NCBI RefSeq assembly: GCF_040676755.1
Contig: NZ_JBFAPO010000056.1
Location: 42,988-66,987, forward strand
DNA: 24,000 nucleotides
DNA from: Dactylosporangium sp. NPDC049525
GTDB lineage: Bacteria > Actinomycetota > Actinomycetes > Mycobacteriales > Micromonosporaceae
Direction: 5' to 3'
The notes below the pieces were generated by a model. That model was not told the DNA's origin. It searched no databases and saw only the letters and a program-made list of their open reading frames with translations. Positions 1 to 6,874 of the stretch are shown here, one piece after another. Numbering within the stretch: position 1 is the first letter of the stretch; every line of letters starts with the position of its first letter. Both the position numbers and the translations under genes were made by a program.

Positions 1-365
1 CGGTAGCGGACCTCGCCCGCGGCGTCGACGAGCAGGGTGCCGCTGTGCTGCAGCAGCACGGTCCTGGCCAGCCCGACGGCGTGGTGCGCCTCGGCGCCGG
101 TGGACGACACCACGCGGACCGCCCCGGCGACGCGGCGGATCCGGGCCGCCTGGGCGGCGCCGCCCGGCACGACGACGACCGGGGTGACGTCCCGGTCGGT
201 GAGCCGCAGCGCGGCGAGGGCCCGCACGTGCCGCACGCAGATTATGCAGCTGGCCGCCCGCATGAAGAACAGCACGATCCCCCGCGCGCCGCCGCGCAGG
301 TCGGCCACGGTGACCTCGGCGCCGGTGGCGTCGGCGAACACGACCCGATCGGTTTCGACCTTCAT
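1..365 (-). CDS. Redoxin / AhpC-TSA-like thioredoxin-fold protein; N-terminal 121 codons only, gene continues past the left edge
   Basis: ATG at 365-363 on the minus strand lies 4 nt after AGGAGG (revcomp of 370-375). The frame stays open to position 1, so the ORF is absent from the track. Translation MKVETDRVVFADATGAEVTVADLRGGARGIVLFFMRAASCIICVRHVRAL... shows a strand-loop-CxxC (S-C-I-I-C) layout like peroxiredoxin-like proteins. GC3 is high. Confidence 0.6.
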   Translation of the reverse strand, partial: MKVETDRVVFADATGAEVTVADLRGGARGIVLFFMRAASCIICVRHVRALAALRLTDRDVTPVVVVPGGAAQAARIRRVAGAVRVVSSTGAEAHHAVGLARTVLLQHSGTLLVDAAGEVRY

Positions 366-376
366 GATTCCTCCTG

Positions 377-418
377 TACGTAACTGAGTTACCAACATTA
401 GATACGTAACTGGGTTAC
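377..418. promoter_or_regulatory. Twin palindromic operator candidates in the redoxin/MarR divergent promoter region
   Basis: TACGTAACTGAGTTAC (377-392) and TACGTAACTGGGTTAC (403-418) match at 15 of 16 positions and are spaced 26 bp. Each contains the inverted repeat GTAAC-N3-GTTAC (380-392 and 406-418). They sit in the locally AT-rich 82-bp gap between divergent start codons 365 (-) and 448 (+). Confidence 0.5.
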
Positions 419-447
419 GCAGTCAATGCCCGGTAAGGTCGTTGGTC

Positions 448-921
448 ATGAGCGCGCAACCACCTGCCGAGCCCGATCTGGGGATGCTGCTGGCGGCGTG
501 CTGCGAGCGCATCGTGCGCACCGCGCTCGGCGAGCTCGCCACGGCCGGCTACGGGCACCTGACCCCGTCGCAGTCGCTGACCGTGCTGTTCATCGGCGAC
601 GGCCACGACACCGTCACCCGGCTCGCCGACCGGCTCGGCATGACCACCCAGGCGATCAGCAAGATCTGCGCGACCCTGCACACCGAGGGCCTGCTCGGCC
701 GCCACGCCACCGCCGGCGACGCGCGGGTGCGCCGCTTGGAGCTCACCGCCGAGGGCCGCCGGGCCGTCGAGGCGATGCGCGCCGCCGGCACCGCCGCGGA
801 GCAGGTCTGGGTCGACCTCGTCGGCGCGGAGACCCTCGGCGTCGTGCGGGACGCCCTGGCCGCGTTCGCCCTCGCCCCCGAGACCGCCTCGGTGAGCCCG
901 GTCCACATCCGCTTCGCCTGA
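448..921 (+). CDS. MarR-family transcriptional regulator
   Basis: ORF-track frame 442..921. ATG at 448 lies 10 nt after AAGG; the TTG at 442 is an alternative start. A winged-HTH pattern is present: LTPSQSLTVLFIGDGHDTVTRLADRLGMTTQAISKICATLHTEGLLGRHATAGDARVRRLELTAEGRRAV. It is divergent from a redox gene, a common MarR arrangement. Confidence 0.85.
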   Translation: MSAQPPAEPDLGMLLAACCERIVRTALGELATAGYGHLTPSQSLTVLFIGDGHDTVTRLADRLGMTTQAISKICATLHTEGLLGRHATAGDARVRRLELTAEGRRAVEAMRAAGTAAEQVWVDLVGAETLGVVRDALAAFALAPETASVSPVHIRFA

Positions 922-1245
922 CCACGCCGCGCCGCGCCGCCGGGCCGTGCCGAGCCGGGGTGTGCCGCGCCGTTACGTGCCGTTTCACGCCACGCCGTTC
1001 CGCGCCCGGCCGTGCCGCGCCGCGCTGCGCCCGGCCGTGCCGTGCCGCGCTGCGCCCGGGGGCGTGCCGAGCCGTTCCACGCCGCGCCACGCCGCGCCGC
1101 GCTGGGCCGCGCCGCGTTGGGCCGCGCCGCGTCGCGGCGAGGGCCGTGCCGTGCCGTGCCGTGCCGTGCCGTGCCGTGCCGTGCCGTGCCGTGCCGTGCC
1201 GTGCCGTGCCGTGCCGCGTCGCGGCGAGGGCCGTGCCGTGCGGCG
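922..1245. repeat. Degenerate pentanucleotide-periodic (GYGCC-like) low-complexity intergenic tract
   Basis: From the MarR stop to about 1245 the sequence parses almost entirely into 5-nt units ending in GCC or GCG (ccgcg, gtgcc, gcgcc, cggcc and similar). A 29-bp direct repeat, GCCGCGTCGCGGCGAGGGCCGTGCCGTGC, occurs at 1126-1154 and 1213-1241 and brackets the perfect core. All three plus frames read through it as AVPCR-type peptides, which is a repeat artefact. Confidence 0.85.
1146..1215. repeat. Perfect microsatellite (GTGCC)14, i.e. (GGCAC)14 on the minus strand
   Basis: Direct count gives 70 nt of uninterrupted GTGCC units from 1146 to 1215. Confidence 0.97.
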
Positions 1246-1280
1246 ACGGGACGGCGGGTCGGAGCTGCCTGACGGCCGCG

Positions 1281-1300
1281 TGTTCGGCCGGGGCCGAACA
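1281..1300. promoter_or_regulatory. 9-bp-arm inverted repeat immediately upstream of the DinB-like gene (operator or hairpin)
   Basis: TGTTCGGCC (1281-1289), GG, GGCCGAACA (1292-1300) have perfectly complementary arms. The element ends 22 nt before the ATG at 1323. Its function was not determined. Confidence 0.3.
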
Positions 1301-1322
1301 GTGCGCGGCCTAGCCTCGGCGC

Positions 1323-1886
1323 ATGAGCGACGACATCCCCGCCACCGACGGCCGCGACCCCGCCCACGTCATCGAGGGCGCCGTCGCCCACGCGCTGCGG
1401 CTGGCGCAGACCTGGCCGGCGTGGGACGGCCGGCCGATCCCCGCCGAGGACCGCGTGTACACCCCGCACAAGGCGATCCGCCGCCTCGGCGACCACCTCG
1501 TGGACCACCTCGCCGAGCTGGAGGCGCGCCTCGCCGGGCAGATCCCGCAGCCCGATCACTGGCACGCTTCCGCCGTCACCACGCCCGCCGATCTCGCACC
1601 GTTCACCGAGGCCGACCTCGACGAGGCCCGCAGCCGGCTGACCCGCCTCGCGCGGATCTGGTCCCTGCGCCTGGGCAGCCTCGACGACGAGCGGCTCGAC
1701 CGGGTCGAGGGCGGCGCGTGGACCCTGCGGCAGGTGGCCTTCCACCTCGGCAGCACCTTCTACGCCGACGCCGTCGGCGACCTCACCCGCTGTCTCGCCG
1801 CGGGTGCTGACGGCCATCCCGCCGCGGGTGCTGACGGCCGTCCCGCCGCGGGCGTGGACCGGCGAGGACACCACCCCAGGGCGTAG
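1323..1886 (+). CDS. DinB/YfiT-like (mycothiol-dependent-enzyme-like) four-helix-bundle protein; function tentative
   Basis: ORF track 1323..1886 with an ATG start and high GC3. His-containing helices (YTPHKAIRRLGDHLVDHLAELEARL, then WTLRQVAFHLGSTFY) resemble DinB-superfamily metal-binding helices. The family assignment is from pattern memory only. Confidence 0.5.
   Translation: MSDDIPATDGRDPAHVIEGAVAHALRLAQTWPAWDGRPIPAEDRVYTPHKAIRRLGDHLVDHLAELEARLAGQIPQPDHWHASAVTTPADLAPFTEADLDEARSRLTRLARIWSLRLGSLDDERLDRVEGGAWTLRQVAFHLGSTFYADAVGDLTRCLAAGADGHPAAGADGRPAAGVDRRGHHPRA
1797..1855 (+). repeat. In-frame 24-bp tandem repeat (about 2.5 copies) in the 3' end of the DinB-like gene
   Basis: GCCGCGGGTGCTGACGGCCATCCC (1797-1820), GCCGCGGGTGCTGACGGCCGTCCC (1821-1844) and a partial GCCGCGGGCGT (1845-1855). 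They encode AAGADGHP, AAGADGRP and AAG. Confidence 0.9.
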
Positions 1887-1942
1887 ACGGCCTCCGCCCG
1901 CGGGATGACCGGAGGGCCGCCCAGGGGCGATAACCTCACGCC

Positions 1943-4447
1943 ATGAGCGGGACCGGCGGCACCGGCGGACGGGACGGGGGTGCGCGGATCCGGTGGGCCC
2001 GGCAGGTCAGGTTGCCGGTCGCGCTCACCGTCGCGCAGCTCGCCGTGTGGCCGCTCGGTCCCCTCGCCTTCGGCGCGTCCGTCGACCCCGTCCGGGCCTG
2101 GCAGGTCATGGCGATCACCGCCGCCGTCGGCGTGGCGCTGAGCCTGCGGGCGGTGGCGCCCGTCGCGGCGTGGGCGGTGACGCTGACCGCCGTGAGCTGC
2201 GCCGACCCGCTCGGGTTGCAGGACGAGGCGCTCATTGTGCCGTTCGGTGATCTCCTCGCCCTGTACGCCGTCGCCGTCCACCGCACGCTCCGGGTGAGCG
2301 TCCTGTGCGTGGCGGCGGGCACGGTCGTGTCGACGCTGGTGGCGGACGTGCTCACCGAACCCGACACGGTCACCGGGTCGATCGCGATCACTGCGGCCGC
2401 CGACGCGGCGCTGTCCGCCGTTGCGTACACCGCCGTGGTTGTCTTCGGCCGGTCCCGCCGCCGCAGGACCGCGCGGCGCGAGGCGGTCCGCGTCCACGTC
2501 GCCGGCGCCGCCGAGCACGAACGCGCCGCCGCGGCCCACGAACGTGAACGGCTCAGCCAGGAGCTGCACGACGTGTCCGCGCACCATCTGACCGCGGTCG
2601 TCGTCCAGCTCGCCGCCGCGCAGCGGCTCCGCGACCCGGCGTCGGCCACGCAGGCCCTCGACGTCGCGCGGACCTCGGGCCGGGCGGCGGCGCGCTCCCT
2701 GCACCGGCTCGTCGCCCTCGCCGGTCGCGACGAGGCGCCGGCCCCGGCCGGGATCCCGGACCTGGTGGCGGGGTTCGCCCGGCTCGGCCTGCGGGTCGAG
2801 GTGCGGCCCGACCCGGACGGCGGTCACCTCCACCCCGACGTCGCCGAGACCGCCCACCTGATCGTGCGGGAGGCGCTGACGAACGCCCTGCGGTACGCGC
2901 CCGGCGCCGCGGTCACGGTCGCCGTCACCCGCTCCGGCGACGCGGTGACCGTCGCCATCGACGACACCGGCCCGGAAACCATCGACGACAGCGTCCCGGA
3001 AACCGGCACCGGCACCGGCAGCGACGCAAGCAGCGGTGGTGGCGCAAGCGACGGTGGCGGCGCGGCCGGGTTCGACCTCGGTTCCGGCGCCGGGATCCCT
3101 GGGATGCGGGCCCGCGCGGCCCGGCTCCGCGGCACGCTCACCGCGGGACCCCGGCCGGCCGGCGGCTGGTCCGTGCGCGCCGTGCTGCCCGCGTCGCCGG
3201 ATCCCGTCCGGCCCGCACCGCCGGCATCCTCGGCGCCCTGGTGGCGCAACCCGACGGCGCGGGTCCTCGACGTGCTGCTGATCGTGCTCGTCGCCGGGCT
3301 GCCGCTGTTCCTCGCCGCCGCCGTCCGCGCGGAGGAGGGCGGCGGACCGCCCTTCGCCGGGCCCGCCGACGCGGCCATGACGCTCCTGTTCCTCATTGTC
3401 TACTGTGGACCGTTGTGGTGGCGTCGGCGGGCGCCGGTGCCGGTGCTTGCCGCGCTGCTGGTCGTCGGGGTCGCCGCCGCGGTCCTCAGCCGGGTCGAAC
3501 CGGCCGCTACCGGCTTCGGCGTCGTCGTGCCGCTCACGCTCGCCGGGATCGTCGTGCCCGTGTACGCCGCCGGGCGGTACGACACCCGCCACCCCGGGCT
3601 CACCTGGCTCGCCGGTATCGGGGCGGGCGCCGGCGCCGCCGTGGCACTGGTCATCAGGTTCGTGCAGCCGGCCGACCTGGCCGGCGACGGCACGTCCGCG
3701 CAGCTGTGGCCGGCCGGCGCCGTGTTCATCACCGCCATGACCGCCGGCGCGCTCAGCCTGCTGGCCCTGCCGTGGTGGCTGGCCGGGTTCCTCGTCGCGC
3801 GGCACCACGCCCGCGCCGACCGGCAGGACCGGGTCGCGCTGCGCGACGTCGCCGAGCGCGCCGTGCGTGCCGCCCGCGACGAGCGGGCCCGCATCGCCGA
3901 GGGCCTTCGCGGGCAGGTGCTGTCGCACACGTCGGCGCTGCTCGTCGCCGCAGGCGACCCGGAGGGCGGGGCTCCCGTCGGTACACCTGGCGACAACCGG
4001 ATCGCGACCGCCCTCGGCCACGCGCGTGCCGCGCTCACCGCCATGCGGGAACTGCTCACCGTGCTGCGGGTCAGCGCCACCACCGGACCCCGGGCCGCCC
4101 AGCCGACCCTCGCCGGGCTGGCCGAGCTGTGCGGCCCGGAAGTGGCCCTCGAGGTGCACGGCGCGGGGCAGGTGCCGCTGGAGGTCGAGCTGTGCGCGTT
4201 CCGGGTCGTCGAGGCGGTCCTGCCGATCGGCGCGGCGCCCGGCGGTCCGGCGCTGGTGCGGCTGGAGCACGGACCCGACGCCCTGCGGCTGTGCGTGCGG
4301 CGGCTCGCCGGGCCGGTCCCGCGGCCGGTCCTGGCCGCACTGCGCGAACGCGTCGACGCGGTGGGAGGATCGCTGGCGACGACGCGGCCCGGCGCCGGCT
4401 GGCAGCTGGACGCGTCCCTGCCCGTGACGGAGGTCGTGCCATCGTGA
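1943..4447 (+). CDS. Tandem-fused NarL-type (HisKA_3) sensor histidine kinase: canonical module followed by a degenerate pseudo-kinase module
   Basis: - Module 1 (about 1943-3238): a hydrophobic N-terminus, H-box ERLSQELHDVSAHHLT (His codon 2567-2569), N-box REALTNALRYA, G1 IDDTGP and G2 GSGAGIPGMRARA.
- Module 2 (about 3239-4447): a second multi-TM block containing the PLWWRRRAPVPVLAALLVVG motif, then ERARIAEGLRGQVLSHTS.
- In module 2 the ELHD is replaced by GLRG (Arg codon 3908-3910), and no N, G1 or G2 boxes are recognisable.
- There is no stop codon between the two modules. Confidence 0.85.
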   Translation: MSGTGGTGGRDGGARIRWARQVRLPVALTVAQLAVWPLGPLAFGASVDPVRAWQVMAITAAVGVALSLRAVAPVAAWAVTLTAVSCADPLGLQDEALIVPFGDLLALYAVAVHRTLRVSVLCVAAGTVVSTLVADVLTEPDTVTGSIAITAAADAALSAVAYTAVVVFGRSRRRRTARREAVRVHVAGAAEHERAAAAHERERLSQELHDVSAHHLTAVVVQLAAAQRLRDPASATQALDVARTSGRAAARSLHRLVALAGRDEAPAPAGIPDLVAGFARLGLRVEVRPDPDGGHLHPDVAETAHLIVREALTNALRYAPGAAVTVAVTRSGDAVTVAIDDTGPETIDDSVPETGTGTGSDASSGGGASDGGGAAGFDLGSGAGIPGMRARAARLRGTLTAGPRPAGGWSVRAVLPASPDPVRPAPPASSAPWWRNPTARVLDVLLIVLVAGLPLFLAAAVRAEEGGGPPFAGPADAAMTLLFLIVYCGPLWWRRRAPVPVLAALLVVGVAAAVLSRVEPAATGFGVVVPLTLAGIVVPVYAAGRYDTRHPGLTWLAGIGAGAGAAVALVIRFVQPADLAGDGTSAQLWPAGAVFITAMTAGALSLLALPWWLAGFLVARHHARADRQDRVALRDVAERAVRAARDERARIAEGLRGQVLSHTSALLVAAGDPEGGAPVGTPGDNRIATALGHARAALTAMRELLTVLRVSATTGPRAAQPTLAGLAELCGPEVALEVHGAGQVPLEVELCAFRVVEAVLPIGAAPGGPALVRLEHGPDALRLCVRRLAGPVPRPVLAALRERVDAVGGSLATTRPGAGWQLDASLPVTEVVPS

Positions 4448-5160
4448 TCACGGTGATGGTCGTCGACGACCAGCCGATGGTCCGCGCCGGCATCGCCGCG
4501 GTCGTGGACGCCGAGCCGGACCTGTCCGTGGTCGCGGTCGCGGCGGACGGCGCGGAGGCGATCGCCGTCGCCGGGCGGCTGCGCCCCGACGTGGTGCTCA
4601 TGGACATCCGCATGCCGGGCGTGGACGGGCTCACCGCCACCGAGCGGCTGACCGGCGGCCCGGATCCGTTGCGGGTGCTGGTGCTGACGACGTTCGGCCT
4701 GGACGAGTACGTGTACGCGGCGCTGCGCGCCGGTGCGTCCGGGTTCCTGCTCAAGGACGCGGACCCGCAGCGGGTCGTCGACGCGGTGCGGGTCGTCGCG
4801 GCCGGTGACTCGCTCATCGACCCGTCGCTGACCCGGCAGCTCATCGACGCGTTCGTCCGCGCGCCGGCGGTCGACCCGGCGGTCGCGGCCGGCCTGGACC
4901 GGCTCACCGCCCGGGAGGTCGAGATCCTGCGGGGCGTCGCCCGGGGGCTGTCCAACGCGGAGATCGGCGCCGAACTCGGTGTCCGGCCGGCGACGGTCAA
5001 GGCCCACATGAATGCGATCCTCGCCAAGCTGGAGCTGCGCGACCGGGTCCAGGCGACGATTTTCGCCTATGACGCCGGCCTGGCCCGCCCCGGTCTCCAC
5101 CCTGGGGTGGTGCCCGGAATCCAACCGAGGCCCGACGAACGCGGCCCCGCCCGGCCATAG
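4444..5160 (+). CDS. NarL/LuxR-family response regulator (REC plus LuxR-type HTH)
   Basis: GTG at 4444 overlaps the kinase stop (GTGA, 4444-4447); the ATG at 4456 is an alternative start. REC motifs are present: VVDDQPMVRAGI, DVVLMDIRMPGVDG, LTTF, LKD. The HTH is LTAREVEILRGVARGLSNAEIGAELGVRPATVKAHMNAILAKL. The 3241..5160 track ORF is an upstream in-frame extension that overlaps the kinase. Confidence 0.9.
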   Translation: MITVMVVDDQPMVRAGIAAVVDAEPDLSVVAVAADGAEAIAVAGRLRPDVVLMDIRMPGVDGLTATERLTGGPDPLRVLVLTTFGLDEYVYAALRAGASGFLLKDADPQRVVDAVRVVAAGDSLIDPSLTRQLIDAFVRAPAVDPAVAAGLDRLTAREVEILRGVARGLSNAEIGAELGVRPATVKAHMNAILAKLELRDRVQATIFAYDAGLARPGLHPGVVPGIQPRPDERGPARP

Positions 5161-5170
5161 CGTCGGATGT

Positions 5171-5446
5171 ATGCGAAAGACATGGCAGCACATCCGTCCC
5201 GCCGCCGCGACGGCGGTCCTGATCGGCGCCGCGGCGGCGGTGACCCTGCTGGTGCTGGCGGCGCTGCTGTGGTGGCAGCACGGCGACCGGCCGTGGCCGC
5301 TGCTGGTGTGGGCCGCCGTGAAGGGCGCGCTGTGGAGCAAGACCGTGTTCAAGGTCGCCCTGGCCGCCGGGCTCGGCGTGGTCATCGGCGTCCGGGGGCT
5401 GGCCCGCCGGTTCCGGCGCTCCCCTGAGGGCGACCAGACCCGGTGA
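5171..5446 (+). CDS. Small membrane protein (two predicted TM helices), possibly the third gene of the two-component operon
   Basis: ATG at 5171 is in the frame of track ORF 5012..5446, 10 nt after the response regulator stop. Translation is MRKTWQHIRPAAATAVLIGAAAAVTLLVLAALLWWQHGDRPWPLLVWAAVKGALWSKTVFKVALAAGLGVVIGVRGLARRFRR. GC3 is very high from 5171 onward. The upstream part of the track ORF overlaps the regulator. Confidence 0.6.
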   Translation: MRKTWQHIRPAAATAVLIGAAAAVTLLVLAALLWWQHGDRPWPLLVWAAVKGALWSKTVFKVALAAGLGVVIGVRGLARRFRRSPEGDQTR

Positions 5447-5642
5447 CGGCCCCTGCCGGGTCCAGGCCGCACCGCTATATGTGATGGCGTCCGGAACGGC
5501 CATAACTCGTGGGCTAGTTTCCTAGGACGGCGTAGCGGACGTGGCCGGGCTCACCCTAGAAACGGCGCCGGGAGGCACGGTCCAAACGGACGAACCTGGC
5601 AGAATCGGCGCCGCGTCACCCGGCTCGGCGAAAGGCGACAAC

Positions 5643-6050
5643 ATGGCGGCGGAGGACCTTGCGGGTCTGCTCGACTCGGTGCAGCGACTGCTCGGCGCGA
5701 CCCAACCCACGGACTCGCCGGATGCGCAGCCGGCGCTGCGGGGGACGGGCACGTCACCGAACGGGCTCATCACCGCGGTCGCGGCGCTCGGCGGCAGGAT
5801 CGAGTCGGTCGCCGTCGACCCGCGTGGCCTGCGGCTGGACAGCCAGACCCTCGGCGAGGAGGTCGCCGCCGCCGTCAACGCGGCGCTGGACGACCTGCGG
5901 GCGCAGGCGAAACTGGCCCCGGAGGCGGTCGACCTGGCCGCGCTGCACACCGAGCTGACCCAGGTCCGCGACGAGTCCGCCCGCCAGTTCACCTCGTTCC
6001 TGGAGTCGATCTCGGCCACCCAGGAGCGGGTCACCGCGGACCGGCGGTAG
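5643..6050 (+). CDS. YbaB/EbfC-like protein, first gene of the toxin cassette
   Basis: ATG at 5643 follows AAAGG. The track start at 5541 adds codons with poor GC3 (cta, gaa, gga, caa, aga, tca, aaa). The core GLITAVAALGGRIESVAVDPRGLRLDSQTLGEEVAAAVNAALDDLRAQ matches the YbaB/EbfC pattern, meaning a strand hairpin followed by a helix ending in A-N-A-A. This is a known accessory gene type next to actinobacterial ESX-type toxins. Confidence 0.65.
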   Translation: MAAEDLAGLLDSVQRLLGATQPTDSPDAQPALRGTGTSPNGLITAVAALGGRIESVAVDPRGLRLDSQTLGEEVAAAVNAALDDLRAQAKLAPEAVDLAALHTELTQVRDESARQFTSFLESISATQERVTADRR

Positions 6051-6053
6051 CCC

Positions 6054-6377
6054 GTGGACCTGCGTATCTCCGTCGAGAGCCTCCGCACCGCCGGCACCGG
6101 CCTGCAGGCGGCCGGCGGCCGCTTCGCGACCGCGCTTGAGCAGTTCCGGGTCGAGCTGACCGGCCACGGCGAGCCGTGGGGCACCGACGACATCGGCTCG
6201 CTCATCGGCGCCGCGCACGCCGAGGTGTCCGACTTCGCCTTCGAGTGTTACGCCGACGCCCGCGACGAGGTCATCGCCAGCGGGGAGGACCTGGTCGGCA
6301 TGGCCGATCGGTATGAGCTGCTGGAGCAGGACAACCTGGCGTTGATGACCGCCATGGACCCGAAGACGGGGACCTGA
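6054..6377 (+). CDS. WXG100-like small helical protein (putative T7SS-associated partner)
   Basis: GTG at 6054 lies 3 nt after the upstream stop. The product is 107 aa and predicted helix-turn-helix, with a central HGEPWGTDDIGSLIG turn motif between two long helices. Confidence 0.6.
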   Translation: MDLRISVESLRTAGTGLQAAGGRFATALEQFRVELTGHGEPWGTDDIGSLIGAAHAEVSDFAFECYADARDEVIASGEDLVGMADRYELLEQDNLALMTAMDPKTGT

Positions 6378-6379
6378 GC

Positions 6380-6874
6380 GTGGGCCTGCAACTGCCGGGG
6401 GAGCTGCGGGCTGTCCTGTCGCTCATCGGGTACGAGTGGCCTCAGGCCGACGAGCAGAAACTGTTCGAGATGGGCCAGGTGTGGACCCGGTTCGCCGGCA
6501 CCATCCAGCACAGCATCGCCGAGGCCGACCCGGTCGCGGCGGCGGTCTGGACGCAGAACGTCGGCGCCGACATCACCGCGTTCCGGGCGTCGTGGGAGCA
6601 CGAGGACGGCCCGTCCAAGGCGCTGCACGACGGTGCGACCGCGGCTCAGCTCGCCGGGCTGGGGCTGATGGTGTGCGGGCTCATCGTGCTGGCGTTGAAG
6701 GTCGCGGTCATCATCCAGCTGGTGATCCTCGCGATCGAGATCGCCCAGGCGATCGCCACGTCGGAGCTGACGTTCGGCGCGTCGCTGCTGGAGATCCCGG
6801 TGTTTCAGCAGCTCACCCGGACCGTCGTCAGCAACCTGCTGATGGAGGCCCTGTTCATGCTCGCCGATGGCTAG
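6380..6874 (+). CDS. Polymorphic-toxin N-terminal trafficking domain (WXG/LXG-like helical domain plus hydrophobic helical segment), encoded without a toxin C-terminus
   Basis: GTG at 6380 lies 2 nt after the upstream stop, and GGGGA lies 9 nt upstream. The N-terminus is MGLQLPGELRAVLSLIGYEWPQADEQKLFEMGQVWTRFAG. It is followed by LAGLGLMVCGLIVLALKVAVIIQLVILAIEIAQAIATSELTFGASLLEIP. From memory this is the conserved N-terminal architecture of large actinobacterial toxins. The ORF ends at TAG 6872-6874. Confidence 0.6.
   Translation: MGLQLPGELRAVLSLIGYEWPQADEQKLFEMGQVWTRFAGTIQHSIAEADPVAAAVWTQNVGADITAFRASWEHEDGPSKALHDGATAAQLAGLGLMVCGLIVLALKVAVIIQLVILAIEIAQAIATSELTFGASLLEIPVFQQLTRTVVSNLLMEALFMLADG

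Noticed and set aside
549-1874. ORFs crossing the microsatellite (549..1874 on the minus strand; 426..1313, 947..1810 and 1012..1272 on the plus strand) that encode AVPCR or GTARH peptide repeats
   Set aside because: The peptide repeats appear in all frames because a 5-nt unit cycles through the three frames. The ORFs overlap the well-supported MarR and DinB-like genes. There is no independent coding signal.
5012-5170. Upstream extension of the small membrane protein ORF (start 5012), and the alternative ORF 5167..5427
   Set aside because: The extension overlaps the response regulator's HTH-coding region in another frame. ORF 5167..5427 translates to an Arg/Gly-rich peptide, whereas the 5171 frame gives two clean hydrophobic helices with high GC3.
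1760-5472. Very long minus-strand ORFs (1760..4270 at 836 aa, 3400..5472 at 690 aa, 4071..5027) and the plus-strand ORF 3241..4443
   Set aside because: They are antisense or off-frame to a kinase and regulator with clear motifs. Their translations are Arg/Pro/Gly/Ala-rich low complexity with no motifs, which is typical of shadow ORFs in high-GC DNA.
5515-5575. Imperfect inverted repeat GTTTCCTAGG ... CCCTAGAAAC upstream of the toxin cassette as a possible riboswitch or attenuator
   Set aside because: Only 8 bp pair, with a bulge, across a roughly 30-nt loop. I recognise no conserved RNA motif and it could arise by chance. I note it only as part of the AT-richer putative promoter region.
5541-5642. 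GTG 5541 as the start of the YbaB-like gene
   Set aside because: The added 34 codons have many A/T-ending codons, unlike the rest of the gene. ATG 5643 has an AAAGG RBS and yields a typical YbaB-length protein.
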